DNA of 63,970 nucleotides, counting the filler, from Lenisia limosa (lineage: Eukaryota > Protista > Breviatea): assembly GCA_001655205.1 (NCBI GenBank). It is 6 parts of 6 records of this genome, joined end to end, with 100 filler letters (N's around TTAATTAATTAA, not from the genome) between each part and the next. Parts side by side here need not be neighbours in the genome. Positions count along the whole stretch, not along the records: positions 38,598 to 49,183 come from LPNZ01008469.1; positions 49,284 to 62,844 come from LPNZ01000650.1; 4 more parts are not named here. One strand, written 5' to 3'. Below are positions 38,499 through 52,300 of the stretch, piece after piece. Positions within the stretch are counted from its first letter, which is position 1, and each line of letters begins with the position of its first letter. Made by a program: the position numbers and the translations under genes. The notes under the pieces are model-generated. The model did not search any database and was not told the origin of the DNA. It worked only from the letters and a program-made list of their open reading frames with translations.

Positions 38499-38541
38499 NN
38501 NNNNNNNNNNNNNNNNNNNNNNNNNNNNNNNNNNNNNNNNN

Positions 38542-38553
38542 TTAATTAATTAA
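38542..38553. other. Artificial contig-joining linker
   Basis: Same spacer. Confidence 0.97.
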
Positions 38554-38710
38554 NNNNNNNNNNNNNNNNNNNNNNNNNNNNNNNNNNNNNNNNNNNNAAC
38601 AGAATTAGAATAAATTACACAATGAGTACATACCATCAAAGAACCTCAAAACAAACGAAAAGTATTCAAATTTTGTCGTCAAGTACAGGTGATACGTTCA
38701 AAGCTTTTCT

Positions 38711-40870
38711 TCATGAGGTTTTGCAATAAAAAAGCAGATTTGGTGAGGGAACTGATGGAGTTTGGGAAGCGTCTGGAAAGTCAGGGGGGGGGGGAGAGTA
38801 AAATTAGAAAACTATGAAAAAAAAGCCCAAATCAGGGGGGGGGGATGTCATTTGAGACGCACCCGTTCAAATAGAAATAATAATGTTAGTTCATGTACTA
38901 TCCCAAATTGCCTGACAAACCTGTCCAAAGAGGCGGCCAAATGAAGTTGGAAACCCTTTCGTCATCACAAGAAAGCCATGGTCTGGGGAAAGGAAATTTT
39001 GAAGGAAATTTTGATTATATTCAGGGCATTATACCATTACAAAAACAGATTATTGACAACATGGGGTAAACATTCTTTTTCACCCATCATCCCGTCAAAA
39101 GCATACGAATCAATGAAATCTTTGGTGAGTGCCTCTTTGGGGTCCAAATCTGCGACAAACTAAAGCGTTAAAGTTGAAAGAAGGGGTCTTTGACTCTGTA
39201 ACAAGTATCATATGATACGATAAGATAGTATATTATTGGGAACAAAACCCCCCAGCAACTCTAGACCACTGAGACGACTGTTTATTGGAGAGCTTGGTGT
39301 TGGCAGTGTAATGGCCGCTGAAAGGCGATTGTCCAAAGTGAAGAACCGCGGAAACAAGGGCTGCTGAGTTAAAGCACCACAGAGGGCAAATAGCGTAATT
39401 CTTCAAACAATCCTACTTACAGTAGCAGTCGGTCGGTGGTTTTGATATATCGGGAGTTAAGCCGAAATTGTCCACGGTCCATGGCGTCATGGACATGTGC
39501 AATGGTGCTGGGATTGTGGCAAGAATCTTCTCTCCTGGGGGGTAAAGTTGAAATAGGATATCTGTTCGCCTTTATTCGGAGGTGAACATCACAAAAGGTC
39601 CACCCACCAGTCATGCTGAATCTTGAAATATGGAAGACAAGAACATCGGGTAGTTTGTTGATGAGCGTTTGTCTCATGCCTGGCTGGAACGACTGCAATG
39701 AGGAGGGGGGGTAATGGACTTATGTGGAGGGTATTCATGGGCAATAATACGATTTCGAGAAGGTGTGCGTGGGAGGGGGCTTCGAGAACACCCCATTGAC
39801 TAAAGACTAACCTGGCAGTGTTGGCAGAAATAAGCATCCTCATCTTCCAATCTAAAACAGTCAATTAAATTGAGAAACAACCGTAAAGAGAATACCCAGC
39901 ATCTTTCAAAACTATCACCTCAAAAATACCGCTTTAAACAGCGCCAAATCAGCACCCCACTTTTCGATTCTTGTCAGTCTGTGGAGGCCATGAACAAGCG
40001 ATGTTTGCTTAGCAGCATTTATGGTCAAGTCTTGGAACGTCTCAACTCGTTCGGCGGTGTTGTTGCAGGTTCGGCATTTGATTCTGAAGTCTTAGGTCAA
40101 GATAATAGAGCACAGTAATGTTACACATCCTGATATTTAAAATGGTAAATCTGAAAGCTGTCATGATGTGACATTAAGAGAATAAGCCTACATTGTTTTG
40201 AAGGATCCCTCAAAGACTTCCATAGGGCTTCGGATATCTATAGTCTCTCCGTTATCCTGTGTTGTCAATTGAGATACTATCACCGGGTTGTTAACTATGT
40301 ACTGTTGTCAAATAATACAAGAAAAGGTCTCGAAACGTCAGTGACAATTTTTAAGATCAAAATCGAAAATCAACATTGTTTCTGACAATTTTTGAAGGAC
40401 ATAAGACGTCCCATCACGGACCGAATCAGACACCACCGTGCGATCAGAGCAAACGGCTCGGAGGGCCTCATGCGCATCTTGCTGTCGACCAAACTCCAGC
40501 TCATATCCAGACGATCTGATAATCAAAAATGGTTTAAATGAGAAAAGTAACACAAAACTAGTTGAACTTGTTACTTCTTGCCTAATAACTAAATTAGACA
40601 TTCATAAAGATGAAAAACAAATTAGTAGGAATTCTCTAAAAAAAACAGACAACAATCAAACATGGAATATTGTATGGTAATGAGAAAGAGAATAAGGTCA
40701 AGAAGCATCAACTATCAGTACCCTTTTGCAATTGGAAACACTTGTTTTAACATGTTTTAAATTGTTCATTATGGTCTAGGTAAAACCATGCTTGTTCACA
40801 TGAGGTTCATGATATTTACATGTATATTTCACCTTTTTGAAGACACACTGATCATCTTATAATATCTTCA
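38711..40870 (-). CDS. Ubiquitin-specific protease (peptidase C19) family protein
   Basis: FGRQQDAHEAL, IECRTCNNTAERVETFQDLTI, INKLPDVLVFHISRF, His box YSLVSAVLHFGQSPFSGHYTA, WLSCDDERVS, NLLFYCKTS*. Cys box not located; 5' end uncertain. Confidence 0.85.
38795..38835 (-). repeat. Intronic repeat family C, 3' end copy in a USP intron
   Basis: Sense GATTTGGGCTTTTTTTCATAGTTTTCTAATTTTACTCTCCCC just upstream of the acceptor; matches the RRP5 and GluRS intron ends. Confidence 0.65.
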
Positions 40871-40906
40871 CTCTTTCAGAATTTCGCTAACTATTACCCC
40901 AGAGTC

Positions 40907-40978
40907 GAGCTCAATACCACTGCTTTGAACCAAAACATGGTGGAGCTCAATACCATGCTTTGAACCAAAACATGGTGG
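40907..40978. repeat. 36-bp tandem duplication
   Basis: GAGCTCAATACCA(C)TGCTTTGAACCAAAACATGGTG x2. Confidence 0.9.
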
Positions 40979-41099
40979 AACATGAATTCGGTCGTTTACG
41001 TCAAGGGGCATATCGGGATGTCCCGACCTGATAGCCCAAGATGTCCCGACTGTTGACTCGGCCGGTGTGACCCTGAGATCACCCCGTCCAATTACAAAA

Positions 41100-42135
41100 A
41101 TGTTTCAGTCCCTCTTCACAAAGAAGGACACGTCAACGGTAGGAGGTTTAGATGAGACATTGTACACACCAGATTTTCATATTTCAAATAATGGCGGTAA
41201 GAACAATACANNNNNNNNNNNNNNNNNNNNNNNNNNNNNNNNNNNNNNNNNNNNNNNNNNNNNNTTTCTAATAGTTCAGCCTGTCTATGAAGTCGACCCA
41301 CTTACACTGAAACTCTGTACCGACTTTGTAAATATGGAGTACGAACGGTTGGTGTTCCTTTCCCCTAACTCTCCAGCGAATACCCATTTAGTAATGATTT
41401 TTCACAAAGAATGAATGATTACGCAATTAAAATGGCAGAAAAAATCCTGGGTATGCTGGAATTTGTTGTAACGTATACCTATTTGGAAGGGTAAGTTGCT
41501 GAGCTATTTGCTGTCTCAAAAAGGTCACTGTTTATGCCAACAACCGATGAGCTGGAGGAAAATCCTGATTTGTTGTCAGAAGCTAGAGTATGATTTATAT
41601 TTTATGGTACATGTAATATGTCATATTATACTATCATATTCAGCATGCCACATCTCGTCTCCCAACAAGGAAGCGAAAAAAACCTACGAAAGAAGTGACA
41701 GTGGATGAAGAACTACCCACTGAGACACACTTTGACGACAATGAGGATGATGCGACAGTGTCCCTTTTGCCAAAAGTGAGATGTCAAATCTCACAACTGC
41801 CAGTTCCTCGCCTGACCGGTGTTTGACTCTACCACCTGTCAGGTTCTGATATATACCTGGTTCGGCGGACATCGAACGGCATCCTGGACTTCGTTGTCTT
41901 GCTTAAGATTGGAGAATAGTATCACAAGTCGACAAGGAGAAAGCCCGCAGCGTGCTGGGTGAGACTGACCATTACATTCTAGCTGCCCAGGCCGAGGAGG
42001 CAAGCACCCTTTTGCCAATTGACCCTTTTGCCAATGGCTGCGTCCGGGTTTCAAAATACCCTTTTTGAACTCGACCCACACAAAGATTGGGCGGACTCCA
42101 GTCCCTCAAGGACAGTAGTAATCCAACGAATATGA
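41100..42135 (+). CDS. Hypothetical multi-exon protein
   Basis: MFQSLFTKKDTST; PVYEVDPLTLKLCTDF; HATSRLPTRKRKKPTKEVTVDEELPTETHFDDNEDD; WRIVSQVDKEKARSVLGETDHYIL...TVVIQRI*. One junction unresolved. Confidence 0.4.
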
Positions 42136-42457
42136 TGTTCTCCAAGGCAAGGTTGTTCAGGGTAATTATTCCAATTTGAACGTGGTACTATGTTTGATAG
42201 AATGTATTCTACAAGTTGCTTGTTTTATAACTTCCAAAAAAAAGGTTTCCACAAAGAGTACTGACATATGGCCAAACAAAATGAATAAAAGTAGTGCAAA
42301 AGTTTGAGATTCAGGATAATGAACAATAAATAATGAGAATACACGCAGTTGCAGTTACGTATGGAATTAGACAAGAGATTGTGAGATATGTCAAGGGAAA
42401 CTGATCCCCCCTTGAACCACCCCTCCCACGCAAGAGAAGAAATGTACTCAAATGGGT

Positions 42458-43720
42458 CTAAAGCCGCACCATTACAGATGCCTAGGAGTCTATGGGGCTA
42501 TACTGTCAGAAATCTTAAAATAAGTTGCACAAAGCCAACAATTTGAAACAAGTGAAGTTTAATGATGAGACTACCGTGATGCAGCATCACACCATTAACA
42601 GTTTCTTTCCATTCCGCAAACCTCCTCAGATTCATCATCCTCTGGCTTGAAACCTTCAATGTTATTAGAAATTGTCATCCAAATTCTGTGCCTGATAACC
42701 CACTTTCAGGATTTTTATGAGCTTCAACAAGTTCTTCCATTCTCTGCAGCAATGTTAAACACGTTTTTTCATTCAAAACGTTCAAAGAAGAACACCAATT
42801 ACAAGAAAGCGTAGCACCAACTGAAGAAAGGGAATACAAAACACAGGCTAACAACGCACCTGTTCAAAGGAGATTTGCGCATTACGTGCCACATCATATA
42901 AAGCCAACCAAGTGGGGGGTGATGACTTTAATTTATCTGGGGCAACCTGAGGGGGGGAGGGGTAGTTAAGAAAGAAATGATTCGATAAGACTATCATACA
43001 GAATATCACCAGCCCCCCCCCCCCCCCNNNNNNNNNNNNNNNNNNNNNNNNNNNNNNNNNNNNNNNNNNNNNNNNNNNNNNNNNNNNNNNNNNNNNNNNN
43101 NNNNNNNNNNNNNNNNNNNNNNNNNNNNNNNNNNNNNNNNGGCGTAGCACGTGTTACCCAGATTGGTGATACCTGGCCAACACGACGGTCCAAGTCGGAG
43201 AGCTGCGGAGGGTGAGGGGCTACCTTGACAAAGGACCAGCTATAAAGCAAAAGTCAAATATATATCCAAACACAAAGATAGGACATTTATTATTGAGATA
43301 TCTTCTAATCCGAAAAGCCCCCTACGTGAAGTGACAACACCTTTCCAACTTCGGGCTTTTTTTCGAGGCTGCATTGCTCCTAAATAGTCAGATTGACCAG
43401 TAAAGGATGATGCTTTCAAAGGAGCGCGGGAGGGGAGAGGGGGGGGGGGNNNNNNNNNNNNNNNNNNNNNNNNNNNNNNNNNNNNNNNNNNNNNNNNNNN
43501 NNNNNNNNNNNNNNNNNNNNNNNNNNNNNNNNNNNNNNNNNNNNNNNNNNNNNNNNNNNNNNNNNNNNNNAGCCGATAAGTGGCTGATCAGACTGGACAG
43601 CATCATATTAACAAACCGATAAGTGACTGATCAGACTGGACCTCGTCTTGAGGCGTTGAAGGTGCCATTTTGTGGGCAAGATCAGTACTGGTGCCTTTCA
43701 GCAGTTCAACCCCGGTTTTT
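42458..43720 (-). CDS. Hypothetical multi-exon protein
   Basis: Phase-consistent exons KWHLQRLKTRSNAASKKSPKLERCCHFTWSFVKVAPHPP...VAPDKLKSSPPTWLALYDVARNAQISFEQLVLRFLRMEELVEAHKNPE...ASVMVRL*. Confidence 0.5.
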
Positions 43721-43944
43721 TTTATTATTATTATTTATCTATCATTAAATTATTTATACAGAAGGTGAAGAGGGGTGAAAGCAGGAGGACAACAAACAAA
43801 AAGGCACACAATCATCAAAAGTAATCATTTTTAAATCAAACTATTTTTGAAAATAGGTCTTTTTCACATACATCACTGTTAGATTGTTCGCATTTTCAGT
43901 TACATACAGTTTCTGAGTAAAAGTTGCAGCTACACAGTTAAAAG

Positions 43945-46900
43945 ATGCCTCGTTCCCCATCTCCTCACAGAAGGCGTTCTCGCAGATCGCCTTCTCCCAG
44001 AGGCCGTAAAGATGAGAACAGAAGAGATTATCGCAAGGAGAGAAGTCCTACTCCCGAGGAGAAGAAACCTGAGGAAGTGTAAGCGCACTCCCCTCCTCTC
44101 CGCCTTACCTCCTTTTAGAACACAGACTGCTGAAGAGAAACTTGCAAAGCTTCGCAAAGTTGGAGTGTAAGTCACTTGTTCCCCATTTTCGTCTTCTCAC
44201 TTCACAGTTACATTCCTCCCTTCCGCCTTGCCGAGCTCCAACAAGGCATGACAAACAAGAAATCAGAAGAATACCAGCGCATGATGTAAGATTGGGTCTA
44301 TTATCTTTAATTATTTGTACTCCCTCCTTGCAATCAATGTTTGATCACAAGTTTTTATTGTTTCAGGTGGGATGCGTTGAAGAGTTCAATTAAAGGTCTC
44401 TGTAACAAGGTAAGGTCGTTATGGAAGGTTTACGTTTTGTATGTTTTAAAATGGAATTGGGACTGCTTTTGACAGCTTTTCTTTGTTTCTTCCTCTTCTA
44501 ATCCTCTTTCCATTCTAATTACTCTTCTTGACCCACCACCCCCCTTCTCCATCGATAGCTACGTGGTATAAGATCTTGCCTCTATCACCCTCTTGCCACC
44601 ACCTTATCCCATAGGTGACAGCCGAGAACATTCAAAACATCGCCATTGAGCTGTTCCGTGAGAACCTCACCCGTGGAAAAGGAACTTTCGTGAGGTCTCT
44701 GATTATTGCCCAAGCCGTAGGGGGGTTTGAACTTTGCATGGTTGCTTTATACTCAGTCATATGATTTAATTAGATAATAATTGGTACCTTTGTGGCCCTC
44801 TTTCACCCTGCCCAGGCCTCGCCCAACTTCACGCACGTCTACGCGGCTCTCATTGCCATTGTCAACTCGAAAATGCCCGAGATTGGCGAACTCCTCATCC
44901 ACCGTCTCATTGTCATCTTCCGCAAGGCCCACAGGAGAAACAACAAAGTGGGTTCACAAACAAGCAAATGGGTGACTTTGCTATTATCTTCATCTTTTGG
45001 GATCGGTTTTTGTTTCAGCAGTGTCATTGCAGATTTTGTTTCTTGAGAGAATGAGCAATGGAAAAACTTTAATGTTTTGATGGGATCGGTCTTGTAAACA
45101 TCCAATTACTAATTTCCAGACCCCCATGCTCACATCATCCCGTTTCCTTGTGCATCTTGTCAATCAGAGAGTAAGAGGGACGGGTCATGTCAACAGGATG
45201 AAGGGACGGGTTAAGTCAACAGGATGAAGGGACGAGTTAAGTCAACAGGATGAAGGGACGAGTTAAGTCAACAGGATGAAGGGAGGGGTTATGATTGTCT
45301 TACTTTTTCTCAATCCAGAAAAAAATACATACAGAGCTGTATTAGTTCCCATTATGCAATATCCTTTTTAACTGAGCATTGACTTGGTTTTTAAAAAAAT
45401 AAAAATAAGCTACATTAGCTTTGTTTTGTGGAATCCGTAGCAACATATCTCTTTTGATTCGTACCCCCCCCCCCCTTACGACACAGGTTGTCCACGAGCT
45501 CCTGATCCTTGAGATCCTGACCCTTCTTCTGGAGTCTCCATCTGACGACAGTGTCGAAGTTGCCGTTGGCATCACGAGGGAAATCGGCGCGTTTCTTGCC
45601 GAAAACTCCCCCTCGGGGCTTAGAGGTGCGATCCGGTGTTCTTTTGGGTTTTCTTTTTTGTTTTCGTAACATAGATTTTCCTTGTCCACCCCTTCCTCAA
45701 AAAAAAAAAAAAAACTTGGAGTTGTTTTAGTTTTTTTCATAAGTGTCTTTTTCAAACCCTAATGTTCCCATATTTTTGATTGCGTGTTATTTTTGGTTCA
45801 NNNNNNNNNNNNNNNNNNNNNNNNNNNNNNNNNNNNNNNNNNNNNNNNNNNNNNNNNNNNNNNNNNNNNNNNNNNNNNNNNNNNNNNNNNNNNNNNNNNN
45901 NNNNNNNNNNNNNNNNNNNNNNNNNNNNNNNNNNNNNNNNNNNNNNNNNNNNNNNNNNNNNNNNNNNNNNNNNNNATTTGCATTCGCACATCACACGTCA
46001 TTGAAAGCTGTCTGTTAGCCTCAAGAGGGTCCTTCAAGGATGTGAGGGGGAGGGTTTTCGTTGCCATTTGGCGATATGGCATAGCTAATACCTGTTATCA
46101 TCATACTTATTATTTTAATGGTGGAACATCTTTTATGACACCCTCCCATGTTCTCAAGTCACGGATAAAACTGCCTTTTCTTTCTCAGATTAACCCCCCC
46201 TTGATATTTCTTTTATTTCGAGTGCTTGTCTTTTGGATTACGTTTTTTCTACATCCAAGCGACAATTGACGACGCAGGTTGATGCCGTTGAGGCCGATCT
46301 GGACCTCGTGGAGGAAGACGATCAGATCACTCACACCACTGAGCTCACTGAGGAGGTTGAGACCTTGACTGAAATGAGTGGGTAGAGGGGAGAGGGTACC
46401 TCCACTTGACTTATTTTCTTGAGGTTAACCGTTTTTGTTCCAAATTATCAAAAAAGAGAACAGTTTGTTCCTCGTGTTGAACTCATCCTTCAGATGTTTT
46501 CCACTTCGATCCCAACTTTGAGGAACATGAGAAAGAATATGTCGAAATCAGAAAAGTTGGGGGGTTTGATCCGATATTACTGATGTTGATAGTGATTTTT
46601 CTTCATCATACTCCATGTATTTAAGACCAATGTGCTACACCTTGAATGATTGCCATCTCGGGCCTCTCTTCTGACCCGATGCCTCCTGAAACCTCCCCTT
46701 TTCTTCTCTCACACTCCTAGGAACTTCTTGGTGAAGAGACCACGGATGATGAGGAAGGAAGTGACGAAGACGAGTCCGAATCTGAGGATGAAAAGGAAGA
46801 AGAATCCGCTGTGCAAACAGCTAATGTGCCCATGGCTGATAGTGGGGGGGGGGGTTGCTTTCATAGATTTGTTTGAAACTCCTGTGTACCTTTTGACATA

Positions 46901-48598
46901 GTATTCATTTAATTTATTTTGTGTATCATTATTTTCACCAATAGAGTATATTTTTCTAATTTTACCACTTGACTGACACCCCTTGCAGAGGTTGTGGACA
47001 TGACTGAGAGTGACCTGTTGAACCTTCGTCGTACCATTTACCTGGCTGTCATGTCTTCCTTGGACTTTGAGGAATGCGCCCATAAGCTGCTGAAGATTGG
47101 TATCCCTGAAGGATCTGAGGTTGGTGATGAAGCGGGTTTGTGATTCTCTTGGGCTTAATTTGTTTGAGAGTGGTATTATAGTTGATTTTGAAAATCGGTT
47201 GTTTCTCTATTTTGTTTCTAGCCCTACTTTCATCTTATGATGTATTGTGGCATTTCAATTGCGTACGTAAGATCTTGACGATTGTGTAGAAGGAGGTGGC
47301 TAACATGATCCTCGAAACATGTGCCCAGGAGAGAACTTACCAAAGGTTCTTCGGTCTTTTAGCTCAAAGGTAATTTGGGTTTGTTTCCTGCCTTCAAAGA
47401 TGTTTTTCTGACGTTTTATGATCAATCATTCGCATTCCCCTGATTCCCCCCTTCCAGATTTTGCAATCTCAACAAGGTGTACCAAGAGGCTTACATGGAG
47501 ATTTTCAGAGAACAAGTAGGAGAGGGGGGTTAGGCAAACACCCATAAAAGTCTGTATCAAAGTAACATCAGAATAAAAGGTTTCATTTTCCGGCATTTCA
47601 CTCCTCTAATTCCAGCATATTTCACCCTTGTAGTACCAAACCATCTACCGTTTGGAGACGAACAAAATGCGGTCAGTGGGCCGTCTCTTTGCCCATCTCT
47701 TTGCCACCGATGCGCTGACCTGGAACATTCTCGCCATCATCAAGCTCAACGAAGATGACACCACTTCCTCCAGTCGTATCTTTATCAAAATCCTCTTCCA
47801 AGTGAGCGTCTGTCNNNNNNNNNNNNNNNNNNNNNNNNNNNNNNNNNNNNNNNNNNNNNNNNNNNNNNNNNNNNNNNNNNNNNNNNNNNNNNNNNNNNNN
47901 NNNNNNNNNNNNNNNNNNNNNNNNNNNNNNNGAATACTCACTATTTAGGATATTGTCGAGAACATTGGTATTGCAAAGCTCAAAGAGAGACTGGAGGACC
48001 CCTATATCCAGGTATGTGTTAACATATGGCCTGTTTCGTTTCTCAAAAGATCCGGCGGAGTAACTGGAGTTTTTTCTCTTATCTTTTATCCCTTCAAGAG
48101 GGCTTTTTTTACAATTAATTACTCCCCCCCCCCCNNNNNNNNNNNNNNNNNNNNNNNNNNNNNNNNNNNNNNNNNNNNNNNNNNNNNNNNNNNNNNNNNN
48201 NNNNNNNNNNNNNNNNNNNNNNNNNNNNNNNNNNNNNNNNNNNNNNNNNNNNNNNNNNNNNNNNNNNNNNNNNNNNNNNNNNNNNNNNNNNNNNNNNNNN
48301 NNNNGGTCTTGGTGAACTCACGTATGGGAGGGGGATGAGAATCACTTGAGACACCAACTATCGAACGTCACATCTTCATTTGACTCATTTATGTCACCTG
48401 TAAACATTTTCTTTACAATCTAGTGCCGGCCTTCGTGAATACCTCAAGAACGCCCCGAAACTTCTCCTTGCCAAGCGTATGGCTGAAGAAGGCAACATTT
48501 CGGATAGTTCTTCCGATAGTGACTCATCATCTTCCGACTCCAGTTCCGATAGCTCCGACTCCGACAGTTCATCCGATTCCGACTCGGATTCGGACTAG
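43945..48598 (+). CDS. CWC22: Pre-mRNA splicing factor CWC22 (MIF4G + MA3)
   Basis: RS-rich N-terminus, [149 protein letters not shown]-rich tail; TAG 48596-48598. Confidence 0.97.
45189..45290. repeat. Intronic minisatellite, 26-bp unit x4
   Basis: GTCAACAGGATGAAGGGACG(G/A)GTTAA in tandem inside a CWC22 intron. Confidence 0.92.
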
Positions 48599-49227
48599 GC
48601 TTGAAATGTATTTTATCCGTATTACAAAGTGATGCTTGGATGGCATCTTGCCTTTTGATTATTTTTTATTGGTCATGTAGAATTGATTGTTTTTTTGAAT
48701 ATTTTTTTAATTATTGTTTTTGGTTATTATTTGTTTATTGTTCGTCAATTGTTCAATTGTTAGGTACTTAGTCTTCTCAGAGTTTTATTAGTCCTTTACT
48801 GGTTCTTTAGTCCAATAATGTAATAATGTTGAAAGGAGGGGGGGGGGGNNNNNNNNNNNNNNNNNNNNNNNNNNNNNNNNNNNNNNNNNNNNNNNNNNNN
48901 NNNNNNNNNNNNNNNNNNNNNNNNNNNNNNNNNNNNNNNNNNNNNNNNNNNNNNNNNNNATCAATAACTTGGAAGAATAGAGTTGAAATAGAGAGGCAGC
49001 AAAAGGTAGAAACAGAACTTGGGTGAGTGATTACCTCAGTAGAAGTGTGTCAGCCGAAGTTAAGGTGAGTAGGGAAAGAGTGTGTGAATGGGTGATATAA
49101 CGTGCGAGGTGGGTGAGGGGGAGAGGTATGGGCGTGGGGGAGTTAATGAGGATGGGTCACTGCTGTAAGGAAGAAGGTGAACANNNNNNNNNNNNNNNNN
49201 NNNNNNNNNNNNNNNNNNNNNNNNNNN

Positions 49228-49239
49228 TTAATTAATTAA
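49228..49239. other. Artificial contig-joining linker
   Basis: Same spacer. Confidence 0.97.
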
Positions 49240-49379
49240 NNNNNNNNNNNNNNNNNNNNNNNNNNNNNNNNNNNNNNNNNNNNTATATATAATAATAGCA
49301 CAACTAGAATCAATTATCTGGGGGAGACACACAAAAAAAATTGGACAAAATGGTGGTCGAGGTGTGTGACTCGTTTTAC

Positions 49380-52300
49380 GCATACGTATGGTTTCCATGG
49401 GTTAATCCTGCCCGCTGTGGCGTTGCCTCTGCAGATAGCCCGGAGTTTCGGGAATACTATATCAATATATCACAGATATATTTGTATTCAGGATTAGCTG
49501 TATATTAGTGGGATCCCTGGCAAATCCCTGGCAACCTTAACTCCAGTATCTTGGAATATTTTGTGAAAAAATATTGTGGTACTGGTCTACTCCTCCTCGG
49601 GTCTACTGATCAAGAAAAAAACCATATTATAATAGATTAACGGCAACCACTCTTCCAAATCCAACATTAGAAACTTAGAAACAGAAACAGAAACAGAACT
49701 ACCTCACAACAATAGAAACGATACAAATCCTAGAATAGAAAAACAACAAACAGCTTACTGATCCTCATCACAGTCGCCCTCGAATGCCCAGTAAATCTAA
49801 AAACCGTCAGTTGTACACATATATTATGTATAGTATATCCTAAATTATAATAATAAAAAAAAGGGTGGGTGGTATAGTTGTGCAAATAATATTTCGGTCA
49901 ATTTTGGTCACCTAAAAATATACAAGGTAGGCTTCATGTAATTATATTGTATAATCACCAAATCATTTGCGTAACAACTCTGCACACACATATACCTCCC
50001 CAGTCCAGAAAATTATATGGGACCAGTCATTCAATAAAACCCATCAGTATATAGGAAGTTTACCCCTCGAATACCTGAGCAGGGTGCATAACCGAATAGA
50101 CTGCCATGAGGGCATTAGAGGTGAACACGGCTACTGCGTATCTGAAATGGCATTAACTTTCAACTTTTGCCAATCCATCTTTCAGGCAAAATGAAAAATT
50201 CAATAAAACGAGTAATGCCCCATCACACCTGCAGCATTTTTTGCACAACGAAAAGTGAAAACCAATAACAATTCCCTTGCCTACCCAAAAAAATTCTTGT
50301 CAGCAGCCATGTGAATATGAATGTAAGAGATCTAAAGGTGTGATTCAGAGAAAAATGGGGTAGAATTTCATCTCCAACATCTAACACCATGTGAGATTGC
50401 CGTACCTGCTGGAAGATATGTGGGTACCTTTTGCTGATCACTCTAATGCCAACATAACCGCTGGCTATCACAAAGAGCAGGTTCACTAACGCATATAACA
50501 TAGACCGCTTAAATCTAAAGGCAATCAATAACGACACCTTTAAATATAAAAAACTAATTCATAGTACTTCCATGATTCCTAAGTGTTAATTCGATGCATT
50601 CTTGAATAAATACATCAATATTGTAGTCTCTATGGAGCCATACGACTCCTAATTCAATGCACTTGCTCACTGATGGTCTTCCAATGAAAACTCATCATCG
50701 TCAAAATGAGTTCTTCCTGAACAGGGTAATACAAATATGGTCATAAAAACAAAATATTGATCAGTTTGCTAAATGAATACTGCTTGGTGTCCTTCTTTTC
50801 TAACGCAATAAAATGAAAAGACAGCAAATGTAGAGGCATTTTGCAATTCCATTGGAAAAGGAAAATACAACAAGGGAACAAATGCCTGTGACGCATACCG
50901 GTGGGTGAGTCGTAAGGGTAGTTTTCACGCCCTCGGCCATATCTGAAAACGTCAAAAAGGAGTATAAATGATAAAATAGGAATACTAGAATACATAAGGC
51001 AAGTTTCGTATTTTTAAGAATCAAAGACAAGAATAAAACTCGAATTATTTGAGGAACCATATCGATATGCCTTTTGAGCTTAAAAAGATCAATGAAATGT
51101 GGAAATGTGATGAAAAACTAGGCATCTGATAAACCCCAACAGATTTGTAAATGTGGTAGGTACAGACGCCACCTCGATTGCTAACCCCACCTCAAATACT
51201 TGCCCTACCTCAAAACCGGGACTATCGAAAGGTAAAAGAGCATAGCGGCGATCTGACTGCCAATCTTCCAAATAAAGAATCGGACTTGTCGGCGCTGATA
51301 ACCTTCGAGTTATTAATGAGTATTATTGATGTGGCTGATATAGAACAAGAAAACAATTCAACTTTTAGCCCTTTTGTTGAAGTAAAACGTAGTTAAGGTG
51401 ATTCAGTCCTTTTTTTTTATTTGAAAAAAAATAATAAAAGTGTGGTAAGTAATTAAAATGAGCCTTCAGGATGTAATTATGATAATAAATACCCCAAACT
51501 TGATTTTAGATTCGAGAACAAGCAAGAGGCTTACCAAAGCGATCGAGACTATGGCCCCTATCGTCGGTGATGTCGCAGACCGGGCAGTCCGTGTCTGAAC
51601 TGTTATGTATGTGCACGGAGTTGATAGGCAAATGACTGGGTGAATTAATACAGTACTAAAATCGAATAGCTCTTATAAGCGTGATGATGTGGACGGCTTC
51701 GGCCAGATACAACCTTGTTATATTGCTCATCTCTAGAGAGTATTTTTATATACTATTAAAGCATACAGTCGTGAAGGTTTCAAAATAATCGTAATTCTAT
51801 TTCATATTCAATCGTATTGTCAGGACTCCAAAAACATTAGCCAAGCTGCGCGATATTTGACATACTTGGTTTCGGGTCGGCAATATCATCTGTCAGAGGC
51901 GGCTGTAGGCCAAAAAACGACTTCACCCCGGACCTAATCTTGAACCATCTAAATGGGAATAAGTTTGGTTAGGTAGTGTGCAAAGAATTCTTACGTTCTA
52001 TGCATATTTCCATTGCATATTACCCAACCTGGTAGTGAGGAATAAGAGATGCGCTACGTTGACAAGGAAGTTACTGAACCCAATGATCAAGAACGTCGAG
52101 GGGTGTTCAACATTGGGAATTGCCAGAGTCAGAAACTAAAGAAATAAGTCGATGTCAAGAAATGTGTTCAAATCAGCAATAATCAAAGAATGCCATCAAA
52201 TCTTGGAACACTTAGGTCACAGCCATAACCCTCACCAACCATATCATCCATGTTTTCGACCCACAGCCCTGCCATGAGCATTGCTATATCGATAGGGAAG

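Noticed and set aside
45189-45290. CRISPR array
   Set aside because: Head-to-tail repeats without unique spacers, inside a eukaryotic intron, with no cas genes.
51689-51716. U6 snRNA (GCTTCGGC and GATACA resemble its 5' stem and pre-ACAGAGA region)
   Set aside because: No ACAGAGA box, internal stem-loop or U6 spacing; the match is only two short words.
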